Shown piece by piece: positions 13,420 through 23,621 of a stretch of 64,000 nucleotides of DNA. The notes under the pieces are model-generated. The model made no database searches, was not told the DNA's origin, and worked only from the letters and a program-made list of their open reading frames with translations. Position numbers and translations under genes: made by a program. How positions within the stretch are numbered: the first letter of the stretch is position 1; the number at the start of each line of letters is the position of its first letter. Origin of the DNA: Basidiobolus meristosporus CBS 931.73 (lineage: Eukaryota; Fungi; Basidiobolomycota); assembly GCA_002104905.1 (NCBI GenBank), contig MCFE01000014.1, positions 186,001 through 250,000 on the forward strand, in the 5' to 3' direction.

Positions 13420-14103
13420 TGTTGTAAAAATTTGTAACTCAACCTAAATATTCACCTAACTTAGTCACCTAGATCATTACCTTCAAATCCTAGAGAATAC
13501 TGACCAAATTCCTTGTTGGGATTTACTTAGAATATTTACCCAGAACATGAAAATTAGATCAGTTGTCCAAACAGCCCCAAACTTTGCAAACATGTTCTTG
13601 GGACCTTCCTTAACCTATTCTATGTGTTTTTAATGCCAAGACCAGGTAATTTACTTAGAATATTTTCACCAAAATGCCAGGTACCCAGAGCATGAAAATT
13701 CTCAAGGTTGACCAAACAGCCCCAAACCTTGCACACATGTTCTTGGAACCTTTCTGAGCCTATTCTATGTATTTGTAATGCCAAGACCAGGTAAAAGTAT
13801 AAATACTACTTTTACATTCAATAAATCATTAGGTGAGAACCACATAATCTACTTTTTCTCCCAATCACATCCAACATATCCAAGACTCTTACAACAAAAC
13901 CTGCTTGCTCTGTCAGTTGCTTCCAATATCTCCAAAACTCTTACAACAGTTCTCCCAGTCACTTAATGTTTGTCTGAAGCTCTTACAACATGGAATACCT
14001 GTTATCTTGATACTACTTTTACATTCAATAAATCATTAAGTGAAAATCACATAATTTAATTGTCCTCCCAGTCACTTCCAATATCTCCAAGAATCTTACA
14101 ACA
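13420..14103 (+). mobile_element. Mosaic LTR array: LTR with an internal partial duplication, repeated LTR termini and a further LTR 3' end
   Basis: Starts TGTTGTAAAAATTT at 13420. ..TCTTACAACA termini end at 13896, 13948, 13990 and 14103. About 13775-14009 is near-identical to about 22815-23052. Confidence 0.9.
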
Positions 14104-14784
14104 GATTGCTTCTGGATGAAAAATTAAGGAAACTAAGCTATAATTAGAAGGAATAAGACAATGTTTGAATAAGCAATGATTGCCACAAATGGAGGTACTC
14201 AGGACCATTCAAAGGAAGAGACAGCCATTCTAGTAGCTACTGCAATAGGGAAAGACACCTATTCAACCAGTGCTTCAGATAGAGATATAATAGACTTGCT
14301 CTGTTGGATTGTGCCACATTGAGCCATAAGTGCCAAATAGTGCATAGTATGCCAGAGTGGCATTGCAGACCTATACTTGGCCACACCATGTGAGGCATAC
14401 CTCTACATCTTCATGCAAAGCATCCCCTTTGTTTCACCCACTGTGCTAGACAGAATCCATTTTTTAACTTTTTTTTGGGATTAATGTTATACCCAACATG
14501 TGAGAGCACAGAAGGACTGAAGACATGGAGTTGGTACTCAATACCCATGGCACTCTGAATCTAGATCTAGAGGTTTGTAACATGCCACAAAAATGCATGG
14601 CCCTATCTTGGTCCACTGGCACTATAAGTGCTTTGTGTAGGTTTTACTTTAGGACTAATAACCAAATATAGTGCCAGATAGTACCAGTAGAAATTTGTAA
14701 TTCCACCTAAATATTCACCTAACTGTTGTAAGAGTCTTGGAGATATTGGAAGTGATTTGGAGAACAAGTAGATTATGTGGTTTT

Positions 14785-17700
14785 TGTTGCAATATTCTGA
14801 GGAGTATTGGAAGTGATGTGGAGAACTAGAAGATTTACATGTTATTCACTTGTAGATTTATTGATCAAAAGTATAGTATTTATACTTTTGATAAAGTAGA
14901 GGAAACAAACGTGTAGAGTTTGTTAAGGAAGGTCCCAAGAATATGTGTGCAAAGTTTGGGGTCTTTTGGACGACTTTGAGAAAAATAATAATCTGGGTAC
15001 CTGACAATTTGGTGAAAATATTCTAAGTAAATCCCGACAAGAAATCTAGTCAGGACAGAATGCTAATCACAGAATAAGATCTATGTGACTAAGTTAGCAT
15101 GAATATTTAGGTGACAATTCAATAATTACAACACTCCCACTCAACAAAATATTCATGAGTAATAAATACATATTGTGAGTGTGCAATCTGTAATAAGCGT
15201 ATAAGATTTAACTGTTTTGCATACTGGACTAATATATTATCCAAAGGTGTATGCATTTGTGTTCAACTTAATAGAACAAGTAACTTGGAATTCAGTATGC
15301 ATATCTACTTAGTAATATGCCTAAAAATCTGAATGATCTGATCATAATACTTATCATCAACTTTGATCAGTTGTACGGGCTTGAATAATAAGCTGAGTCT
15401 AATTGACAGATTGTAATAATAGTATATAGCCTCTGGGCTATTCAATGCTTCTTATTTGAGCAAAATTGACCCACTTTTGGTCAAGTTAAGGTTTTGTCAT
15501 TTACAGCAGATCTGGAGTTTCCTTATTTCCGGCCAACAGTCTAATCCATTTAGACAACTTCACTGTGTGTCCATATTAGGCTCAGGAACAGTTACTTCCA
15601 TCATATAGATGCTATATGAGGTAAAAAATAGTGACCTACTTTGGGTCAAGTTAAGGTTTTGTCATTTACGCCTGATCCGGATTATCCTTGTTTCCTGGCA
15701 CTGTGGCACATATAACATGGCCAAAAAAAGAAGGTTTTTGCTCAACTCTGAGCTGGGATGGCCTGCTCCCACTTGAACCACGTCTGTTTAGTGATTCAGA
15801 TCCACAAATATGATCTAGAATGGTCATCTTTGTCTTCTTTAAATAGCAATAACTTTCTTTGGACTGATTACTTCATATGCGGTAGATTCAAAGTCCATTT
15901 GCTTCTTGATTTACCCAGTTTGGTATTGGACAACACCATGGGTTGTTTGGTAGCTATTCTTAGAGTGCTTCTACTGATTTGGATTGATACAGCTGCTTTT
16001 GTCTTATCAGAATATACTTGTAGAATAGAGATTGGCGCTTTTCCAGAAGTGAGATTCTCCTTAACAAGGGCTTTGATTATCCTTATTCTCCTGATAGTTA
16101 TTTTCAACCTTGAGCTCGGTTTCCAAGGCTAACTGATCTTCTCAGTGTCTTCAGAATCCATAAAAAAACCATCTGGTTGATCCTTGCACCTTTTTCTTTC
16201 AGCTCCATAGACAGCAGACATCAAGACTTCTGCACTAAATAATCTGTTCCAATATATACTACAATATCTAACAGATCCTGTTGAAGTTTCAAGGCTCTTC
16301 TGGGGTTTCTAGCTTGAGAACTTCGTACAAGAGGCTCCATAGAACATATCTGCATTGCCAGATAGTCCAAATATGGCCTACATAAGTTTTGGCACCATTT
16401 GGGAAGTACCCTAGTTTGCGGTAGTAGTATTTTCCATTTTTTCTTCTTTTCTTTTTCTGCTGATGACCCAGGGATAATTCCTTTTGTGGGGTGGTTCTGG
16501 ACTTCCTTGCAGGTGGGACCACGGTGTTTTTGAGCACAAGAGTCTCCATGACATCATTGTTCCATAATATCTGACTATTTGAGAGTGAAATAATCAAAAT
16601 TGGCATCCACTTAGATCATTCATAACTTTTGATAGAGTTGACCAAATTTGATCAAATAAACTGCATTTGATAGCTAGCTTCATCAATACTTTGGTATCAG
16701 ACTCCAATATATCAGTATTTTGAGTTGCAGAACTTGGCGGTGACTTGATCAATCAAAATTCTTTTGATCTGATCCAGAGAAGTTAAATATCACCAAGTGT
16801 TTTCTCCCACTGTAATAAGTGATATATATATAACAAGTATAAAGTACTGTGTTATCTTCTGAGTGGCTCTTAGCTGTGTACTGACCAACTGTTGCTTGGT
16901 TGTATACTCCAATCAGGCTTGCAATTATATGCTTCACTCCTTTGGCTGGCGGTAGAATCTTCATGAGTTGATTTTGCTAAATTTGTATAATACTTTCTCC
17001 CACTGTTTTGAGACTTAAACAGAGTGATAGCACGTCTAACAGCTCCATATTTAGCTCCTGGTACACTGGTTTCAGTATCAAAACACTTGATACAATTATA
17101 GCATTCTTCTAATGGATTGTGTAGTACATATCTGTACTCCAGGTGGATATATATGTATTATATATCATTGGGATCCTTACAATTCAGGAAGCTTGTTTCT
17201 GAGATCTTTTTCCATCAGTAGATAGTCCAGAATGGCGGCTAACAGCTCCAGTATTTGCATTCTCAGCTGTATTTTGAGTGGCAACAGATTTTTGGTAAAA
17301 TCCTCCTCCGGCAATCATTAATAATGATCTAACTTTTTTTTTTTTTTGCAATTCAGGATAATATCCTATCCAAGAGCTCGTCTAACAGTCAATTGGGGTC
17401 ATATGAATACATATTGCAGTATATTTCATTGTAGATCTGGACCCTCAATTGCTGGAATTACGCAATTTTCTTCAGTAGTGGTAGAGCACCAACATACTAT
17501 ATTTCTTGACACAATTACATGCCAGTTTGATTGACTCTTCTTCATAACTAACTTGGATAGTTACTGAAGGCATCTTTTGAAGGCAAGGCCTTCTTCTCCA
17601 CAGCAATATCCTCATAAACATAGTCCTTTAGCAGCGGTAGTCTTCTTTAACCTTAGCAGAGCAATAGTGCGGAAAGTCTTTCTCCAGACTAGCAGAAAAG

Positions 17701-18101
17701 GATCCAAAGCATAGTAGACACCAAGAGGACAGCAAGCTCGGGGCTCATAACCTGTTGCAATATTCTGAGGAGTATTGGAAGTGATGTGGAGAACTAGAAG
17801 ATTTACATGTTATTCACTTGTAGATTTATTGATCAAAAGTATAGTATTTATACTTTTGATAAAGTAGAGGAAACAAACGTGTAGAGTTTGTTAAGGAAGG
17901 TCCCAAGAATATGTGTGCAAAGTTTGGGGTCTTTTGGACGACTTTGAGAAAAATAATAATCTGGGTACCTGACAATTTGGTGAAAATATTCTAAGTAAAT
18001 CCCGACAAGAAATCTAGTCAGGACAGAATGCTAATCACAGAATAAGATCTATGTGACTAAGTTAGCATGAATATTTAGGTGACAATTCAATAATTACAAC
18101 A
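14785..18101 (-). mobile_element. Non-autonomous LTR retroelement with two apparently identical 349-bp LTRs (14785-15133 and 17753-18101) and 5-bp TSD GTTTT
   Basis: The two LTRs show no mismatch on manual comparison. TSD at 14780-14784 and 18102-18106; PBS 17741-17752; PPT next to 15134; no intact pol ORF. Removing the element rejoins the host LTR (gattatgtg gtttt cacttaatg). Confidence 0.93.
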
Positions 18102-18405
18102 GTTTTCACTTAATGATTTATTGAATGTAAAAGTAGTATTTATACTTTGACCTGGTCTTGGCATTACAAACACGTGGAATAGGTTAAGGAAGGTCCCAAG
18201 AACATGTGTGCAAAGTTTGGGGCTGTTTGGACAACTTTGAGAATTTTCATGTTCTGGGTACCTGGCATTTTGGTGAAAATATTCTAAGTAAATCCCGACA
18301 AGGAATTTGGTCAGTATTCTCTAGGATTTGAAGGTGATGATCTAAGTGACCAAGTTAGGTGAATATTTAGGTGGAAATACAAATTTTTACAACACTCCCA
18401 CTCAG

Positions 18406-21400
18406 CTAAATGTTCATACTGACTAGTCCTAATTTTGACCTAAGATATTCAAACTTGTCTCTAGCTAATGGTTTGGTAAATATGTCCGCAATCATTTCAT
18501 CTGTAGGACAGTAAACTAAGCTAACTAAGTTATTCTCTATAGCTTCATGTATGAGATGATGTCTAATATCTATGTGCTTGGTTCTAGCATGAAAAGTTGG
18601 ATTTCTACCTAATTGTATACACCCTTGATTATCTTGAAATAAAGTAATAGGCGTTTTTTGACATAGGCCTAAATCTGTAAGGAGCTTTCTTAACCACATT
18701 GCTTCTTTTGTAGCTTCACAGGCTGCCATATACTCTGCCTCTGTAGTAGAAAGTGCTATGGTTGGTTGCTTTCTTGAATTCCATGAAATTGCTCCTTTAC
18801 AGTAAAGAAAGGTGTATCCTGTGGTGGATCTTCTGTCTTCCAAATTTCGTCCCCAATCAGCATCAGAGTATCCCACAAGATCCTGTTCTGAGTCCTTATA
18901 AGTGTATCTTAAGCAGATATCAGCAGTTCCTTTTAGTTATCTAAAAATCCGCTTAACTGCTGCAATATGATCAGATCCATAATTCTGATTATGTTGGCTG
19001 ACAACTCCCACTGAATATGAGATATCTGGACATGTTCCAAGCATGATATACATCAGACTGCCGACCATAGATTGATAAGGAAAGTCAGGGCTTTCAAATG
19101 GCACCAAGCTCTCTTGATTTGGTTAAGTTTTGACCAAGTTAAGGTTTGTCTCCATTGGGGTGGCTGCTGGTTTACAGTCTTCCATTTTGTACTTCTTTAG
19201 TATATCTTGAATATACTTGGATTGGCTTAGGGTAATAGTCTGGGTACTTCTGTCTATGGAGAACTTAATCCCTAAGTAGTAACTAAGTTCTCCTAGATCG
19301 GACATCTTGAACTCCTTAGATAGGCTGGATTTAGTCTCTTCCAATGTTTCTAGGTTATTGGTGGCTATAATAAGATCATCCTCATATAGAGCTAATAGAA
19401 CTGGATTTGCTCTATCTGGCTTATAGTATATACTATAGTCAGCATTACTTCTTTTGAAACTCAAAGATTCCATATAAGAATCTATCTTGCAATTCCAGGC
19501 TCTCGGTGATTGTTTGAGACCATATAGTGACTTTTTAAGCTTGCAGACCAAATGGGGGTTATCTTGGTCAGCAAACCCATCAGGCTGGTCCATATACATG
19601 TCCTCATCAAGTTCTCCATTCAAAAATGCAGTTTTTACATCCATTTGATGAATAAAAAACTTATATTTTGCTGCAATAGCCAAAATTAATCTGATGGAAT
19701 TAAACTTGGCTACTGGTGCAAAGGTCTCAGTATAGTCAAGTCCTTTTGTTTGAGAGTATCCTTTGGCTACAAGTCTTGCTTTGTATCTTCAATTGTACCA
19801 TCAGCCTTGTATTTTGTCTTGAAGACCCATCTGCATCCAATTGATTTTTAGTTTATTGGTAATTTGACTAAGTCCCAAGTTTGATTTTCCATCAGTGCCT
19901 GATATTCCTCAGTTGTTGCAGATCTCCAAAACTTCATCTGAGGGCTATTTAGGGCCTCTTTTTCAGTCTGGGGTTCATCAACATGGACTGAATAGGCATA
20001 GGCTAAGTTTGTACCCTCATTGATATAGTAATTTGGGCTATTTCTTGTCCGATTTGATCTCCGGGCATTTGATACTGGAATGATCACTTCTGGGATATTC
20101 CTGGGCACTGATTCTGGCTGAACCATGGTTGTAGAGTCCTCTGGAGTGAAAAAATTCTCATTGTTTTGCTCTGATTCAATCCTGACAATTGGTGGACTTG
20201 AGATCAGATTTTTGTCATCATCTGATGTCATTTTTTGTGAAAATTTTGAATTTTCATCAAACAACACATCCCTGGACTTGATCAGCTTCTTTACTTTGGT
20301 ATTGTAGAGTCTGTATGCCTTACTCTCATTGCAGTAGCCCAAAAATATGCATTTTACACTTTTTGGCTCAAATTTTGACTGATTTCCGGCCAGTTTTTTG
20401 GCATATGCTGTACACCCAAATATTCTTAGATGTTCTGCACTTGATCTGTATCCATACCATGCTTCAAATGGAGTAGAATCACAAAGTATTCTGTTATAAC
20501 TCCTATTTTTAAGGTATACAGCAGTGGCAACTGATTCCGCCCAAAAATCATAGGATAATTTTTGATCATGGATCATAGATCTTGCCATATCAATTATTGA
20601 TCTGTTAGCTTGTTCTGCTACTCCATTTTGCTGTGGGGAGTATGGTTCAGTAGTCTCTTGCTTTATCCCATGAATTTTGCAGAAGTGGATGAAGAGTTTT
20701 GAGGTATATTCTCCACCATTGTCAGAGCGTATTTTCTTGATTTTTTCACCAGTTTCTCTCTCCACCATGGCTTTAAACTCCCTGAGCTTAGACAGAGCTT
20801 CTTCCTTTCTCTCCATGAAGTAGACCCATGTGTATCTTGTATAATCATCAATAAAAGTGATTAAATACTTCATCCAGCCTAAGGATAAATTTTGCATAGG
20901 TCCACACAGATCTGAGTGAATTAGATCTAATTTTTTCTTAGTTTTGATTAACCCAGAGCTCTTGAACGGTTGTCTGGCTTGTTTCCCATATATGCAGGCT
21001 TCACAGTGCTCCAAATTAGCTGGGGGATCAACTTTTACTCCAGAAATATGATCTTTGATCATATTGCGCAAATAATCAAAATTGATGTGTCCAAATCTCC
21101 TGTGCCAAAGCATTGGTGTTTCTTCATTTAAGTTACTTAAATTGGCTTCCAAATATGATGGAATATTAGTCAACTTGTATAGATTCTGATCTCTGATGCC
21201 CAAAGCAATATGGGCACCATTTTGATCAGTGATCCTGCATCCACAATTGTCAAAACTGAAACTGAGTCCTTCTGCTGTGGCCTTGCTTACAGAGAGTAGG
21301 TTCTTGGCTATTTCTGGTACATAGAGTACTTCTTTAAAGGTCAGTGTATGGCTTCCTTCACTGCTTCTAAGGTTTACTTGGATAGTTCCTACTCCCACTG

Positions 21401-21542
21401 CATCAAGTGTTCTATCATCACCCATGAAAACCTTCTTAGTTGGAATTTCTTGATATTGGGTAAAAAGCTCTTTTTGGTGTGTAAAGTGTTGAGAAGCTCC
21501 AGAGTCAATATACCACATCTGAGAATCCTTGTTTGTGGTCAT
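18406..21542 (-). pseudogene. copia pol (protease-integrase-RT-RNase H) with premature stops and a frameshift
   Basis: ORF pieces 19848-21542, 19123-19683 and 18406-18876. Stops at 19848, 19123 and about 18940; a 1-nt deletion near 19790 (ATTGAAGATACAAAGCA, where the ERYKARLVAKG motif is expected). Confidence 0.93.
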
Positions 21543-21608
21543 ATTTAGTGCAGATATGAATAGTCTATCTTCAGTTGTTGCAGCATTTCCATATTCAGGC
21601 TTCTTTTG

Positions 21609-22346
21609 CTAATTATCTTTCTTTTTGAGACACTGGTCTGATGTGTGTCCTTTCCTTTTGCAGTAGTTGCAAAATAGGTTGCTGTTGCCTTTGTAGGGTC
21701 TTGGATACCTCCTTTGTTGGTTATCATTGCTTATTAAAGCACTTTTTTCTTCCTTCTTATTGGCGCTTGATTTACTTAATTCTTCATCCAGGAGCCTTCC
21801 ATATATGTAATTTAAGGTCAAATCTTCAGTTCTGGACTCTAGGGCTGATACAAGGCCCTGAAACTTGTCTGTCAGGCTATTCAGGATGGTAACTATCACA
21901 TCCTCATCAGTAGTTGGTACGCCCACAGATTCCATCTCATCTACCAGCAGGGTAATTCTGTTAATTAGATTTTTCATTTTTTCTCCTGGCAGCATCTTTT
22001 TAGTAAAGAATTTTCGTCTCAGATACATCTTCTTGGCAGCTGAACATGACTGGTAGGTGTCTTCCAATACTTTCCAGGCATTCTTTGCCATTTTTGCTCT
22101 TGAGCATTGAATTAGCAATTTGTCCTTGACATTAAGGCAAATGCAGTTAAAGGCACTTTGTTCTTTCTTCTGGTACTTTAAGGCTTCCTCTCCCATGTTT
22201 TTAGGAGGGCATTCTTCTCCCATGACAATATCCCAAAGGCCTCTTTCTTGTAGCAGCATCTTCATCTTCACCTTCCACACTTGGTAGTTAGAGCCATCCA
22301 ACTTTTCAGCAGAGGGAAAAATTCCAGTAATAGCAGTAGTAGACAT
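21609..22346 (-). CDS. copia gag (likely ATG 22346, MSTTAITGIF..)
   Basis: EKLDGSNYQVWKVKMKMLLQERGLWDIV (copia gag N-terminus), UBN2-type core and C-terminal CCHC zinc knuckle. Confidence 0.9.
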   Translation of the reverse strand: MSTTAITGIFPSAEKLDGSNYQVWKVKMKMLLQERGLWDIVMGEECPPKNMGEEALKYQKKEQSAFNCICLNVKDKLLIQCSRAKMAKNAWKVLEDTYQSCSAAKKMYLRRKFFTKKMLPGEKMKNLINRITLLVDEMESVGVPTTDEDVIVTILNSLTDKFQGLVSALESRTEDLTLNYIYGRLLDEELSKSSANKKEEKSALISNDNQQRRYPRPYKGNSNLFCNYCKRKGHTSDQCLKKKDN

Positions 22347-22607
22347 TGCAGAGAGTGACAGCTTGGGGCTCATAACCTGTTGTAAGAGTCTTGGAGATAT
22401 TGGAAGTGATTTGGAGAACAAGTAGATTATGTGGTTCTCACCTAATGATTTATTGAATGTAAAAGTAGTGTTTATACTTTTACATGGTCTTGGCATAGCA
22501 AACATGTAGGATATGCTTATCAATGTCCCAAGAGCATCTGTGCAAAGTTCATGGCTGTTTAAACAACTTATCTAATTTGTAGGTAACAATGTAGGTGACT
22601 AAGTTAG

Positions 22608-22939
22608 TGTTGTAAAAATTTGTATTTCCACCTAAATATTCACCTAACTTGGTCACTTAGATCATCACCTTCAAATCCTAGAGAATACTGACCAAATTCC
22701 TTGTTGGGATTTACTTAGAATATTTACCCAGAACATGAAAATTAGATAAGTTGTCCAAACAGCCCCAAACTTTGCACACATGTTCTTGGGACCTTCCTTA
22801 ACCTATTCCACATGTTTGTAATGCCAAGACCAGGTAAAAGTATAAATACTACTTTTACATTCAATAAATCATTAGGTGAGAACCACATAATCTACTTTTT
22901 CTCCCAATCACATCCAACATATCCAGGACTCTTACAACA
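22608..22939 (+). mobile_element. LTR in opposite orientation, inserted into the 5' LTR of the copia element and followed by two tandem LTR-terminus remnants (to 23033)
   Basis: TGTTGTAAAAATTT...CTCTTACAACA with internal TATAAATA and AATAAA. It is preceded by GTTAG at 22603-22607. Confidence 0.9.
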
Positions 22940-23074
22940 AAACCTGCTTGCTCTGTCAGTTGCTTCCAATATCTCCAAAACTCTTACAACAGTTCTCCCA
23001 GTCACTTAATGTTTGTCTGAAGCTCTTACAACATGGAATACCTGTTATCTTGGTGAAATATGCCAAGTAATTTC

Positions 23075-23621
23075 TGTTGTAAGAGTCTGGGAGATATTGG
23101 AAATGATTGGGAGAACAAGTAGATTATGTGGTTGTCACTTAATGATTTATTAGACTTGTTCCATCATTCCAGCTGATCATGGTGCCCAATAGTGCCATAG
23201 CATGCCAGATGGTGCCTGATCATGCCACAGAGTGCCAGATGGTGCCATACAGTGCCAACTTGGGATCAAAATTGACATGCATATGACCCTAAAATATTGA
23301 ATTAATAACAAAATATACAGCACTTTCTGGCACTGTGACCAATGGTACAATGGAACAAGTCTATTGAATGTAAAAGTAGTATTTATACTTTTACATGGTG
23401 TTGGCATTACAAACATGTAGAGTAGGTTAAGGAAGGTCCTTAGAACATGTGTGCAAAGTTTGGGGCTATTTGGACAACTTATCTAATTTTCATGTTCTGG
23501 GTAAATATTCTAAGTAAATCCCAACAAGGAATTTGGTCAGTATTCTCTAGGATTTGAGGGTAATGATCTAAGTGACTAAGTTAGGTCAATATTTAGGTGG
23601 GATTACGAATTTTTTACAACA
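23075..23621 (-). mobile_element. Solo LTR with 5-bp TSD ATTTC, interrupted by a MITE
   Basis: TGTTGTAAGAG...TTTTACAACA; ATTTC at 23070-23074 and 23622-23626. Confidence 0.92.
23152..23362. mobile_element. MITE-like non-autonomous DNA transposon (211 bp), 13-bp TIR AGACTTGTTCCAT, 3-bp TSD ATT
   Basis: AGACTTGTTCCAT at 23152 and ATGGAACAAGTCT ending at 23362. ATT flanks both ends, and removal restores the LTR sequence GATTTATTGAATG. Internal 10-bp periodic (G/A)TGCC units. Confidence 0.85.

Larger units (their letters stand above)
14724..22607 (-). mobile_element. Ty1/copia LTR retrotransposon, near full length but disrupted; 3' LTR (14724-18394) is interrupted by a nested element
   Basis: gag (CCHC knuckle CNYCKRKGHTSDQC), protease (WYIDSGASQH), GAG-pre-integrase/integrase (LWHRRFGH, HSDLCGP, IRSDNGGEY), RT (QMDVKTAFLNG, LALYEDD) and RNase H (GYSDADWG, KHIDIRHH), in copia order. 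PBS 22366-22377; PPT 18395-18406; TG..CA LTR ends. Confidence 0.97.

Noticed and set aside
13886-13990. CRISPR-like repeat-spacer pattern (CTCTTACAACA three times; also 22929-23033)
   Set aside because: The repeat is the 11-bp LTR terminus, the spacers are unequal and LTR-like, the context is eukaryotic and there are no cas genes.
18406-21611. RIP-type mutation of the copia element
   Set aside because: The lesions seen include a frameshift and a probable TAY-to-TAA change, and long ORF stretches remain open. There is no evident dense C-to-T bias, although this was not computed.
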